Source: Chloroflexota bacterium
Lineage (GTDB): Bacteria; Chloroflexota; Limnocylindria; Limnocylindrales; CSP1-4
Reading direction: 5' to 3'
Assembly: GCA_004297395.1 (NCBI GenBank)
Contig: SCUO01000047.1
Span: 56,575 to 120,574, forward strand
DNA length: 64,000 bases
The first letter of the stretch is position 1. Every line of letters starts with the position of its first letter. Shown piece after piece: positions 8,035-17,605 of the stretch. A program made the position numbers and the translations under genes. The notes beneath the pieces are model-generated. The model ran no database searches, was not told the origin of the DNA, and worked only from the letters and a program-made list of their open reading frames with translations.

Positions 8035-10002
8035 TCAGGCCCAGGGAACGCTGGCGATCCTGACCGGCGCGCTGACGCCCTTGACCGTCGTCTCGCGAGC
8101 GTCATCGGCCGCGCCGGCCCCGGCCTCGGCCAGGGTCTCGGCGGTGGCGAGGATCTCCGCGCCACCGGCCAGCGCGGCGACGCGAGCGGCGACATGGACG
8201 CCCATGCCGCTGTAGTCCGCCTCGCGCCGGTTCGCCTCGGCAACGTGGAGCCCGATCCGGACGGTAATGGCGAATCCGGTCGCGGCGCGATGGTCGCGCA
8301 GGGCCCGCTGGATCGAGATCGCGCAGTCGAGGCCCTGCCGAGCCGAGGCGAACGCCACGAAGAAGCCGTCGCCGGTCGTGTTGACAACCTCGCCTCCGGC
8401 GGCTGCGAAGCGCGCCCGGAGGGTGTCGTCGTGCCAGCGAAGGAGGCGTTCCCAGGCCTGGTCGCCGAGGGCCTCGGCGAGGTTCGTCGAGCCCACGATG
8501 TCGGTGAACATGAACGTCATCCGGACCTGGACCGGCCCGGTCCGGCGTTCCTGGGCGGCCCGCAGCTCGCGCTCGGCCGCCTGGATGTCGCCGGGTGCGC
8601 CCAGTCGACGAAACTCGTCGAGCGCGGCCCGCAGCTCCAGGTCCGCGTCCTCGTCATCGTCGGTCGACCACAGGGCCCGGGCCAGGAGCGCCCGCGACCG
8701 CGCGACCTCGTACGGCGCGCCGACCTCCCGCCACTCCCGGATCGCCGTTCGCAGCTCGGCCTGGGCGGCGACCGCATTGCCCTCGGCCAGCAGGATCTGA
8801 CCCTGCGCGACGGCCTGGCTGGCCCGCAGCGCCGGCGACGGTCGGGCGGTGATGATCTCGGCGTGCTCGGCGGCCGCTGCCCTGGCCTTTCCGGCGTCGC
8901 CGGCCGCGAGCGCGATCTCGACCTGGGCTGGGAGGAGCCGGGCCCGGGCCCAGTGGTCCCAGGTCTCGGCGAGCGCCGCCTCGATCGCCGTCGACGCCGC
9001 CTTCACCTTGCCCTCGGCAAGGCGGATCAGGGCGAGCGCCGGCTGGGGTGACTTGCCCCTCGCGTGTGCCTCCCGAAGCGCGGCCTCGGCGCCCTCCAGA
9101 TCGCCGCGCAGGCGGCGGACGTCGCCGATCGCGTAGAAGCCTTCAGCCTCGATCGGCCCGGCGTTGAATCGGGCGAGCTCCGTGGTGGCACCCTCCAGCT
9201 CGGTCTCGGCCGCGGCCCAGGCCCCGCGGATCGCCTTGACCTCGGCCCGGTGGACGCGACACACGCCGGGGAAGCCCGAGACGGCCTGCGCCTGGCAGTA
9301 CCGCTCGGTGGCCTCGATCCACTCCGTCGCCCGCCGATAGTCGGTCAGGTCGCGGCACGTCCCGATCATCCGGCAGGCCGTCACGCCGCTGGCGAACGGC
9401 GAAAGCTCGCCGCTGACCGCCGCGAGGGCCGCCTCCTCGAGGAGGGCGAAGCCGTCGTCGACATCGCCGGCGGCGATCTTGAGCTGGCCCAGGGTTCCCT
9501 GGGCAAAGGCCCGAAGATCGCCGTTGGTCGTCCGCTCCCCGATCTCGACGGCCCGCGCTGCCTCCACCAGGGCGCGCTCGGGGTCGCCGGACGCTGCCGC
9601 CGCCTCGGCGCGGGTCAGGGCCAGGTAGCCGTGGGCGTAGCTGTCGCCGTCCCCGAGCAGCCGTTCCGCTCGCCGGATCCAGCTCGTCGAGATCGATGTC
9701 TTGCCCAGGAACGCGTACTCGCGGGCGATGTCGAGGGCGAGGTAGGCAGCCCGCGCCTGGTCACCCTCCTCGAGCCAGGCCTTGAAGGCCCGCTCCTTGG
9801 CGGCGATGCCGGCGTCCGCCTGTGCAGCGAAGAACGCGGCCGTGGCGAGGTCCTCGAGGTCGGCGCCGCGAAGGGGACCGGCCGCCTCGGCAGCCGTCAG
9901 GCGCTCGAATGCCGACGACCAGTCATGGCGTGCGAGGGCCGCCCGGCCAGCCTCGAGCGGTTCGGCCGGACCCGCGGTCGAGGGGGACGTCACCTCGGTC
10001 AT
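8035..10002 (-). CDS. TPR-like helical sensor fused to a class III adenylate/guanylate cyclase domain
   Basis: C-terminal FMFTDIVGST, NTTGDGFF, RIGLH, GVHVAAR. About 490-aa helical-repeat N-terminus. Confidence 0.88.
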   Translation of the reverse strand: MTEVTSPSTAGPAEPLEAGRAALARHDWSSAFERLTAAEAAGPLRGADLEDLATAAFFAAQADAGIAAKERAFKAWLEEGDQARAAYLALDIAREYAFLGKTSISTSWIRRAERLLGDGDSYAHGYLALTRAEAAAASGDPERALVEAARAVEIGERTTNGDLRAFAQGTLGQLKIAAGDVDDGFALLEEAALAAVSGELSPFASGVTACRMIGTCRDLTDYRRATEWIEATERYCQAQAVSGFPGVCRVHRAEVKAIRGAWAAAETELEGATTELARFNAGPIEAEGFYAIGDVRRLRGDLEGAEAALREAHARGKSPQPALALIRLAEGKVKAASTAIEAALAETWDHWARARLLPAQVEIALAAGDAGKARAAAAEHAEIITARPSPALRASQAVAQGQILLAEGNAVAAQAELRTAIREWREVGAPYEVARSRALLARALWSTDDDEDADLELRAALDEFRRLGAPGDIQAAERELRAAQERRTGPVQVRMTFMFTDIVGSTNLAEALGDQAWERLLRWHDDTLRARFAAAGGEVVNTTGDGFFVAFASARQGLDCAISIQRALRDHRAATGFAITVRIGLHVAEANRREADYSGMGVHVAARVAALAGGAEILATAETLAEAGAGAADDARETTVKGVSAPVRIASVPWA

Positions 10003-10110
10003 GGCCGGATTGTCGCACCCCGGTCGACCTGCGCCCGCACGTCGGCGGAGGGCAGCGTCGTCGACGCTCCGCTAGAGTCCACGAACAACGCGAAACGGAG
10101 GCATGGAACG

Positions 10111-11190
10111 ATGACCGCGCCCGTCGCCCTGCTCATCGGGACCCCCAAGGGAGCCTTCATCCTCGATGGCGACGCCGGGCGCGGGCGCTGGGCCGTCCGC
10201 GGGCCGCTGTGCGAGGGGTGGCCGATCCACGATGTTTCCGTCGAACCCGGGACGGGCGCACTCCTTGCCGGGGGCGGCAGCCCGTGGTACGGCGGAGCCA
10301 TCTTCCGCAGCGACGATCATGGCGCGACCTGGACGCATTCCAGCGAGGGCCTGACCTACGGCGACGATGGTCCGAAGCTGAAGACGGTCTGGAACGTCAC
10401 GGCCGACGGGAACGGCACGATCTACGCGGGTGTGGAACCGGCCGGCCTGTTCCGGAGCGATGACGACGGCGCCACCTGGTCCCACGTGGAGGGCCTGACC
10501 AACCACCCGACGCGGCCCGAGTGGCAACCGGGCAACGGCGGGCTCATCCTCCACTCGATCGTCCCCCACCCCACCGACCGTGGCCGGATCTGGGTCGGGA
10601 TCTCGGCCGTCGGGGCCTTCGAGACACGCGACGGTGGGGCGTCCTGGGAGACCCGCAACAGGGGCGTCCGGGCCGAGTTCAACCCCGAGAACCGGTATCC
10701 CGAGTTCGGCCAGTGCGTCCACAAGCTGGTCATGGCCGCCGACGGCGGCGAGCACCTCTACCAGCAGAACCACTGCGGCGTGTACCGGTCCAGCGACGGC
10801 GGCCGCGAGTGGCAGGAGATCAGCGCCGGCCTCCCATCCGATTTCGGCTTCCCGATGGTCGCGCACCCGCGGGACCCGCAGACGGTCTGGACGATCCCGC
10901 TCACCCAGCCCGAGGAGGGCCGCCTGATGCCCGAGGCGAAGGCCGCGGTCTGGCGGACCCACGACGGCGGCGACTCCTGGGTCCGGTCGGGCGAGGGCCT
11001 GCCGCAGGACGGCGCGTACCTGGGCGTGCTGCGTGAGGCCATGGCGGTCGATCGGCTGGATCCCGTCGGTGTCTACTTCGGGACCAGCACCGGCCAGGTG
11101 TACGGCAGCGCCGACGAGGGTCGGACGTGGTCGCTCGTGGCCGGCAACCTGCCGCCGATCTGGTCGGTCGAGACAACCGCAGGCCGTTGA
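10111..11190 (+). CDS. BNR/Asp-box repeat beta-propeller protein (sialidase-like, cytoplasmic)
   Basis: Asp-boxes SDDHGATW, SDDDGATW, TRDGGASW, SSDGGREW, THDGGDSW, SADEGRTW. Also CVHK and QNHCG motifs. Confidence 0.88.
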   Translation: MTAPVALLIGTPKGAFILDGDAGRGRWAVRGPLCEGWPIHDVSVEPGTGALLAGGGSPWYGGAIFRSDDHGATWTHSSEGLTYGDDGPKLKTVWNVTADGNGTIYAGVEPAGLFRSDDDGATWSHVEGLTNHPTRPEWQPGNGGLILHSIVPHPTDRGRIWVGISAVGAFETRDGGASWETRNRGVRAEFNPENRYPEFGQCVHKLVMAADGGEHLYQQNHCGVYRSSDGGREWQEISAGLPSDFGFPMVAHPRDPQTVWTIPLTQPEEGRLMPEAKAAVWRTHDGGDSWVRSGEGLPQDGAYLGVLREAMAVDRLDPVGVYFGTSTGQVYGSADEGRTWSLVAGNLPPIWSVETTAGR

Positions 11191-11201
11191 CCGATCAGCC
11201 C

Positions 11202-11480
11202 ATGGCCGCCGCCGCCCCGGCGATCGTCCACCTGCCGCGCTCGCTCGTGGCGCTCTTCCCGGGTGCACCCCGCCGCCTGGAGGCGTTCGGAGCGACGGTC
11301 GCCGACGTCCTCGACGACCTCGATCGCCAGGTGCCGGGGATGCGCAACCGGCTCCTCGACGCCGGCCCCGAGATCAGGGCCCACATCAACGTATACGTCG
11401 CGGCGGAGCGGGCCGGGCTCGACACACGGGTCCCGCCGGGGGCCGACGTCCACATCGTGCCGGCGGTCTCAGGCGGCTGA
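11202..11480 (+). CDS. MoaD/ThiS family ubiquitin-like protein
   Basis: Beta-grasp signature (ATVADVLDDL, HINVYV) and C-terminal PAVSGG. Confidence 0.9.
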   Translation: MAAAAPAIVHLPRSLVALFPGAPRRLEAFGATVADVLDDLDRQVPGMRNRLLDAGPEIRAHINVYVAAERAGLDTRVPPGADVHIVPAVSGG

Positions 11481-11560
11481 CATCGCCCGGCCCCGAGGGC
11501 GGACCGGGTCGCCCCGCTCCGACTCCGGTCGGCTCCGACCCCGGCCGGTTCGGGTCCCGC

Positions 11561-12943
11561 TCAGATCGACGGGCGCTGCCAGCCGCCGGAGGCCGCCTCG
11601 ACGACGGCGGCCCCGGCGAGGACGAGATCCTCGCGCCACGGCGGCCCGACGACCTGGATCCCGATCGGGAGACCCTCCGCGGATGTCCCACCCCGGACTA
11701 CGGCCGCCGGCCAGCCGGTGAGGTTGTAAACGTCGCTGTACGTGTCGCCGAACCAGGCCGCGGAGCTCTCACCGTGGCGGATGGCCGGTTGCGGCATTGC
11801 CGGACAGACGATGAGGTCGCGGCCCTGGAACCACGCCAGGAGGCGGCTTCGGATGGCGTCGGCCCGCTCGACGAGGGCGGTCAGCTCGGGAGCCGCCACG
11901 GCCGGCTCCCGGACGACCCAGTCGCGCGTCGCGTACGACCCGAACCCCGCGGTCCCGGCGCCGCTGATCAGCCGTTCCAGCCAGGCGAAACCGTCTGCCC
12001 GGATGAGGCCGTTCCAGGCGCGCCACGCCTCGTCGAGGCCGGGCGGGAGCAGCGCTTCGACGCGGGCCCCACGATCGCGGAGGGCGTCGGCCGCGAGCCC
12101 GACAGCCGCGATCGTCTCGGCCGTGGGCGTGCGCATGGCGTTGTCGGCGAACGTGACCACCCGCAGACCCTCGAGATGGACCGCCGCGGGGTCCCGCAGC
12201 CCAACCGGGGCAACGTGGGGATCCCGTCCATCGGGCCCGGCGATGACCGGCAGGATCAGCCCCAGATCCTCCACCCGACGAGCCAACGGCCCAAGCTGGG
12301 TGAACGACTGGAAGAGGCCCTCGAAGCCCGGCCAGTGGCCCGTCCGGGGAACCCGCCCGCTCGTCGGCTTGAGGCCGGCGATCCCGCACACGTGGGCAGG
12401 CTGTCGGATGCTGTCGCCGGTATCGCTGCCGATGTCGAATGGCGAGCCGCCGGCTGCGACGATCGCCGCCGCCCCGCCGCTGCTCCCACCGGGGGTCCGC
12501 TCGAGGTCGTACGGGTTGGAGGTCCGGCCGTAGACATCGTTGTCGGTCTCGTCCGACCAGGTGAACTCGGGCGTGTTCGTCTTGCCGAGGAGGATCGCGC
12601 CGGCACGCTTCAGGCGGGCGATGACCGTGGCGTCCTCGTCCGGCACCCGATCCCGCCAGCCGATCGTCCCCGCCGTCGTGACGACACCGGCGGAGTCGAG
12701 CGAGTCCTTGGCCGTGAAGGGCACGCCGTGCAGCGGGCCCAATATCGTCCCGGCGGCGCGCCCCAGGTCGGCCCGCCGGGCGCGATCGAGGGCGTCGTCG
12801 GTGAATCGGACAACGGCATTGATCGCGGGATTGACCGCCTCGATCCGGGCCAGGCATGCCTCGACGAGCTCGACCGAGGTCACCCGGCCCTCGCGGACGG
12901 CTGCGGCCATCCAGGTTGCCGAAGCGAAGCACTGCTCATCCAC
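11561..12943 (-). CDS. Amidase signature family enzyme
   Basis: GVPFTAKD, GKTNTPEF, GGSSGG, GSDTGDSIR (Lys-Ser-Ser triad). Confidence 0.92.
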   Translation of the reverse strand: MDEQCFASATWMAAAVREGRVTSVELVEACLARIEAVNPAINAVVRFTDDALDRARRADLGRAAGTILGPLHGVPFTAKDSLDSAGVVTTAGTIGWRDRVPDEDATVIARLKRAGAILLGKTNTPEFTWSDETDNDVYGRTSNPYDLERTPGGSSGGAAAIVAAGGSPFDIGSDTGDSIRQPAHVCGIAGLKPTSGRVPRTGHWPGFEGLFQSFTQLGPLARRVEDLGLILPVIAGPDGRDPHVAPVGLRDPAAVHLEGLRVVTFADNAMRTPTAETIAAVGLAADALRDRGARVEALLPPGLDEAWRAWNGLIRADGFAWLERLISGAGTAGFGSYATRDWVVREPAVAAPELTALVERADAIRSRLLAWFQGRDLIVCPAMPQPAIRHGESSAAWFGDTYSDVYNLTGWPAAVVRGGTSAEGLPIGIQVVGPPWREDLVLAGAAVVEAASGGWQRPSI

Positions 12944-13054
12944 GGTCGAAGTGTGGCTCGGCAGCGGCCGCTGTGCGCGGCCCTCGGACGCCTCCAATCC
13001 CGTGGCCGAGGGCGGGACGCGGGTCAGCGGACCCGGCCCGAGCGACCCCGCCTG

Positions 13055-13504
13055 TCAGCGGGTCCGGCCCTCCCGCAGCGCCGCCACCGACTTCGCGATG
13101 CGGCGCTGCCGCGTCTCGTCCGTCTTCGCGCCGTCGACCTGGAGGGTATGCCAGGACTTGTTGCTGTACGACAGCCTGTCGAACGTCGCCCGGGCCGCCG
13201 GTTCGGCGTCGAGAGCGGCTCCGAAGTCCGCCGGCACGATGACCTCGCGCGGTGCGGTGTCCAGCTCGAGGTCGATCTCGACCTCGTCGCCGGCCTTCAG
13301 GCCCGACGCGGCACGGTGCTCATTGCTGACCCCGATCATGTACGCGCCGCCCATGACCGCGACCGTGTTCCGGTAGCTGTAGCCGTTGATGGTGACGCGG
13401 ACAGGCGGCCGCTTGCCCGCTCCCAGGACCTGGACGACCGCCTCGGGCACCTCGAAGCCGGCGGCAGTCTTGCCGGCGGCCATGATGGTGGCTCGGAATC
13501 GCAT
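13055..13504 (-). CDS. DUF1905 plus YdeI/OmpD-associated domain protein
   Basis: RPPVRVTING, VPADFGAAL, AKTDETRQRRI. Confidence 0.88.
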   Translation of the reverse strand: MRFRATIMAAGKTAAGFEVPEAVVQVLGAGKRPPVRVTINGYSYRNTVAVMGGAYMIGVSNEHRAASGLKAGDEVEIDLELDTAPREVIVPADFGAALDAEPAARATFDRLSYSNKSWHTLQVDGAKTDETRQRRIAKSVAALREGRTR

Positions 13505-13527
13505 GGTGGGCCTCCCGCGGGCGCTGG

Positions 13528-14919
13528 TCAGGCGGTCGCAGCCGGTGGGATGTTCTGGTTGCGGTGGAACAGGTTCGTCGGATCGTACGCGGCCTTGACG
13601 GCGGCGAGCCGATCCCAGGTCGGGCCTGGGTAGGCAGCCCGGACCCGGGCTTCGCCCTCGTCGGTGAGGAAGTTGACGTAGGCGCCCTGGTCCTCCTGGC
13701 GGATCGCCGCCAGGAGCTCGGCCAGCCAGGCCTCGCGCCGCTTTCGCTCCTCTGCCGTCTCGTAGAAGGCGCCGACGACCGCCATGATCCTGCTGGATCG
13801 GTGGGCGAAGGCAGTTGCGTCGGCGGGGACGCGGGCCATTGCCCCGCCGAGGACCCGGAGCTGGGCGAACCGGAATGGCGCGTCCGAGGCTCGCAGATGG
13901 TCCATGATCGCGCCCGCCGCGGGCCGATCGACCCGATCCAGGAACAGCGTGTGGCTCACCGCGGTCGGGTGGTAGCTGTCATCCGCGGGCGGGAACATCT
14001 CGGGGTAGGCCATCTCCCGGACGAGATCCGCGTGGGCGGTCGCGAGCGCCCGGAACGGCGCGTAGACGGCTGCGCCGGCACTGACGTCGCCGGCGTAGAC
14101 CATCATCGCCAGGATCACCAGCTGGCCGTGGACCGCCTCGGGCAGGAACGGCATCGGCGGCGCCGGCATGACGTTGGCGATGGTGGACAGCTCCTCGGGC
14201 GCCGCCTCGGCCGCGGCGATGAAGCCGGCGACCGTCTCGGGCGTGGCCGGCAGGACGAGGATCCCACCGACGACCGTGCCGAGCGGGTGGAGGCGGTAGC
14301 GGAGACGGGTCACGACGCCGAAGTTGCCGCCGCCGCCGCGGATGGCCCAGAACAGGTCCGGGTGGGTCGTCGCATCCACCTGGAGGATGCGGCCGTCGGC
14401 GGTCACGATCTCGACGCCGAGGAGATTGTCGATCGTCAGGCCGTGCTTCCGGACGAGGTAGCCGATCCCGCCTCCGAGGGTGATCCCGCTGATCCCGACC
14501 GAGCCTGTATCGCCGAAGCCGAGGCCGAGCCCATGCTCGGCGAGGGCGGGCGTGACCTCGCCCGCGGTCAGGCCGGCGCCGGCCCAGGTGGACCGCGTTT
14601 CGGCGTCGATGTCGAGGGTCTTCAGGTCTCGGAGGTCGATGACCAGGCCGTCGTCGGCGCTGCCGTGGCCGGCGCCGCTGTGGCCCCCGGCTCGAACGGC
14701 GAGCTCCAGGCCGTGGTCGCGCGCCGCGGCGATCGCCGCGGCCACGTCTCCGGCATCGGCGACCCGGGCGATGACCGCGGGTCGCGGATCCGTGCCGCCG
14801 AGCATGATCGTGCGGGCGGTGTCGTACTCGGGATCGGCGGGGGTGATGACCCGGCCGCGCAGGGTGGCGCGCAGCCGGTCGATCGCCGCCCGGGTCGCGG
14901 GCGCCGTGGGGGTGCTCAT
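13528..14919 (-). CDS. FAD-binding oxidoreductase (VAO/berberine-bridge type)
   Basis: RAGGHS, GITLGGG, DLFWAIRGGGGNFGVV, C-terminal YVNF..YDPTNLF. Confidence 0.92.
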   Translation of the reverse strand: MSTPTAPATRAAIDRLRATLRGRVITPADPEYDTARTIMLGGTDPRPAVIARVADAGDVAAAIAAARDHGLELAVRAGGHSGAGHGSADDGLVIDLRDLKTLDIDAETRSTWAGAGLTAGEVTPALAEHGLGLGFGDTGSVGISGITLGGGIGYLVRKHGLTIDNLLGVEIVTADGRILQVDATTHPDLFWAIRGGGGNFGVVTRLRYRLHPLGTVVGGILVLPATPETVAGFIAAAEAAPEELSTIANVMPAPPMPFLPEAVHGQLVILAMMVYAGDVSAGAAVYAPFRALATAHADLVREMAYPEMFPPADDSYHPTAVSHTLFLDRVDRPAAGAIMDHLRASDAPFRFAQLRVLGGAMARVPADATAFAHRSSRIMAVVGAFYETAEERKRREAWLAELLAAIRQEDQGAYVNFLTDEGEARVRAAYPGPTWDRLAAVKAAYDPTNLFHRNQNIPPAATA

Positions 14920-14957
14920 CGGGGCCTCCATGGTCCGGTCGTGGCAAGTGGTACCGA

Positions 14958-14988
14958 TAGGGACAGCCGGCGCCGGGCAGATTCATCG
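14958..14988 (-). promoter_or_regulatory. Candidate ECF (SigG/ECF56-type) promoter
   Basis: Minus strand reads CGATGA-N18-GTCCCTA, about 40 nt upstream of the oxidoreductase start. Confidence 0.5.
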
Positions 14989-15138
14989 GTCCGTGGACGC
15001 GATGATGGTCCGGCGCCGGTCGGCGGGCTCCCCGGGACGGTGGACGGGGACGCCGGCGAGCCCTGACCCTGACAGTCTTGCAGATGGGCGCAGATCGTTC
15101 CGTTCGGGGTGGGCAGGTACCGCCGACTTGACGGCGAA

Positions 15139-16125
15139 TCAGCCCTCCGGCGTCAGCCAGACCGGGTAATCGGTGACGTTCTCCGGGGTCCCGTCCCGAG
15201 CCGAGTAGTCGAAGACTCGGAGCGTCCCCCACTGGGCGGCATCGACGCTGTACGGCACGGTCACGTCGAACGTGCCCCAGCAGCCGGTGCCGCAGGTGGC
15301 CATGGCGCCGACCTCGACGAGGACGTCGTCGTCGCCGTCGAGGATCGCGATGCGGAAGTTGGCCTCGAAGACGTTGCTCGATCCGGTGACGCGCATCGGG
15401 TTGCCGCCGGCCGCGCCCCAGGCCGGTCGATCGACCCAGATGGCGGGCAGCTGGTCGGTGTAGTCGGCACGGCCGACGGGATGGTCGAGGATGACGCCCT
15501 CACCGCTGAAGACCGTGACCGGCTCACCATCCAGCCGGAAGGTCACCGCATCGACCGTTGGGAACTGGGTCAGCGTGTACACGACCTGGGCCAGGCGACC
15601 CAGGACCGACGCACTGCCGCCCCCGGATTCGAACTCCCGCGAGAGATCGACCGTGGCGACTCCGTCCTCGATCGTCAGGCCGAGGAAGCGGGTGCCCTCG
15701 GGGATCGTCGTGTACATGGCCAGACGGCCGGCCAGCTCGGGTTCGCTCGGGCCGGCGAGCAGCGCAGCCATGGCCGCGGCGCCGACCGCCTGGGTCCTGG
15801 GGATCTCGCGCAGGACCGGCACGAGGCCGCCATCGTGGCTGAAGCTGCCGAGGAAGAAGTAGGCGCGGATCGTGGTGGTCTCGCTGGCCGATCCGGTTGG
15901 GCTCGCCGCAGGCGAGCCGGCGGGTGTCGGGCTCGAGGTGCCGCCGGCGGTGGGCTCGGGGCTGGGCGGGTCGATGGATGGGGCGGTCGTCGACACCGGC
16001 GGGGCGACCGTACCGAGATCGCCGGTCCCGGACCCGCAGGCGGCGAGGCTCAGAACGATCGAGGTGATGACGAACGCCGCGAGCAGGCTCGCGGGTCGGC
16101 GACTGGCGGCGGACTGGCGGTTCAT
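15139..16125 (-). CDS. Lipoprotein with GerMN and Gmad2 Ig-like domains
   Basis: Lipobox LAAC, LLAGP, ATVDLSREF, QVVYTLTQFPTV, C-terminal VTGSSNVFEA..WGTF. Confidence 0.9.
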   Translation of the reverse strand: MNRQSAASRRPASLLAAFVITSIVLSLAACGSGTGDLGTVAPPVSTTAPSIDPPSPEPTAGGTSSPTPAGSPAASPTGSASETTTIRAYFFLGSFSHDGGLVPVLREIPRTQAVGAAAMAALLAGPSEPELAGRLAMYTTIPEGTRFLGLTIEDGVATVDLSREFESGGGSASVLGRLAQVVYTLTQFPTVDAVTFRLDGEPVTVFSGEGVILDHPVGRADYTDQLPAIWVDRPAWGAAGGNPMRVTGSSNVFEANFRIAILDGDDDVLVEVGAMATCGTGCWGTFDVTVPYSVDAAQWGTLRVFDYSARDGTPENVTDYPVWLTPEG

Positions 16126-17597
16126 GGCTCCGATCTCGGTGTGGGCTCCGACATGCTCGAAGCCTCCCGCGGGCCCGTATCAGCCCGATCGCCAGCCGGT
16201 AACGATCGGGTCACAGGCAGCCTGACCGTGAAGGCCAGCCCGCCACCCGGCCTCGTCTCGGCCCGGATCGAACCGCCGAGGAGGGTCGCGTGCTCGGCCG
16301 CGATGGCAAGGCCCAGGCCGGAGGTGGATGTCGCCGAGCTGGCGCGCGAGGGATCGGCCTTGTAGAAGCGATCGAACAAACGCGGGAGGGCGTCCGCGGC
16401 GGCCCCCGGGCCTCGATCGGCGACGACGACGCTGACCTGGTCGTCACCGGCCGAGACGGTCACCTCGACCGGCGCACCCGGGGCGTGGACGCGAGCGTTG
16501 TCGAGCAGGTTGCCGATGATCCGGTCGAGCCGCCGGACGTCGGATTCGATGACCACCGGAGCCTCGGGCAGGATGGTCCGCGCCTCCGGGAGGCGCGTCG
16601 CGACGATCGCGCTGACGACCCGGCCGAGATCGAGCGGCTCGAGGCGGGGGGCCTCCGCCTGGGCGTCGAACCGCGACAGCTCCATGAGATCCTCGACCAG
16701 GATCCGGAGGCGGCGGATGTCGCCCACGAGCAGTTCGGCGGCGCGCCGGGCATCGGGCTCGAGGCGGTCCAGGCCGGCCTCGATGATCGAGGCCTCGGCG
16801 ACGAGCGCGGTCAGGGGCGTCCTGAGCTCGTGCGAGACGTCGGCCACGAAGCGCCGGTTCTGCCCCTGGGCCGCCTGGAGGCGCTCGACGGTGGACTCGA
16901 GCGAATCGGCCATCCGGTTGAACTCGCCGGCCCAGGCAGCCAGCTCGTCTCGGCCCTGCACCGGCAGCCTCGCGCCGAGGTCCCCGGCCGCGATCCGCCC
17001 GGCGGCCACGCTGCCCGAGGCGATGGGCCGGAGGATCCGGCGGGCGATGAAGCCGGCCGTCACCAGGGCGACGAGGACGGCGATCAGCCCGGCGGCGACG
17101 AGGCCGGCCCGGAGCTGCCCCAGGGCGTTCTCCAACGGGCTGGCATCGACGACCAGGTAGACGGCCGGCCCATCGCCCTGGCGACCACCGACGATCAGCG
17201 AGGGCCGGCCATTCGCCGCCTGCCACGAGTAGCCGAGCCGGCCGGCGTCGACGGTTTGGCGCAGGCCGGCGGGCAGGCCAGCGAGGACCGGGAAGAGGGA
17301 TGACGGCTGGACGAACGGGTCCGCGTCGCCGAAGTCGACCATGAGGCCGACGTCGCCCCGGAGGCTGAATGCCTGGGCCAGGCCGCTGGCCTCGAAGTCG
17401 GGGCGGCTCGCGTCGGGCGGCAGCTGGTCGGGCAGGAGCACGGACAGGTCGAACTGGGCCTGGCGGCTCGCATCGGCGAGGAGGCTCTCGCGGAGCCGAG
17501 CCTCGACGAAGGCGTACGTCCCGATCCCGATCGCCGTCACCGTGACCGCGACGAGGGCAACCAGCGTGACGGCCAGCCGCGCCCGGATCCCGCGCAC
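16122..17597 (-). CDS. HAMP-domain sensor histidine kinase (MtrB-like)
   Basis: Two TM, HAMP, H-box VSHELRTPL, N-box NLLDNA, DRGPG, GLGLAI. Confidence 0.93.
   Translation of the reverse strand: MRGIRARLAVTLVALVAVTVTAIGIGTYAFVEARLRESLLADASRQAQFDLSVLLPDQLPPDASRPDFEASGLAQAFSLRGDVGLMVDFGDADPFVQPSSLFPVLAGLPAGLRQTVDAGRLGYSWQAANGRPSLIVGGRQGDGPAVYLVVDASPLENALGQLRAGLVAAGLIAVLVALVTAGFIARRILRPIASGSVAAGRIAAGDLGARLPVQGRDELAAWAGEFNRMADSLESTVERLQAAQGQNRRFVADVSHELRTPLTALVAEASIIEAGLDRLEPDARRAAELLVGDIRRLRILVEDLMELSRFDAQAEAPRLEPLDLGRVVSAIVATRLPEARTILPEAPVVIESDVRRLDRIIGNLLDNARVHAPGAPVEVTVSAGDDQVSVVVADRGPGAAADALPRLFDRFYKADPSRASSATSTSGLGLAIAAEHATLLGGSIRAETRPGGGLAFTVRLPVTRSLPAGDRADTGPREASSMSEPTPRSEP
16199..16214. 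promoter_or_regulatory. GTnAC-N6-GTnAC direct repeat, candidate OmpR-family binding box inside the kinase 3' end
   Basis: GTAAC-gatcgg-GTCAC, about 75 nt upstream of the lipoprotein ATG. Confidence 0.45.
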
Positions 17598-17605
17598 CGC
17601 GCCCC

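Noticed and set aside
11481..11560. Short near-tandem repeat (CTCCGAC.CCGG.CGG x2) between convergent genes
   Set aside because: Only two degenerate copies with no spacers. Not CRISPR-like, and more likely a terminator region.
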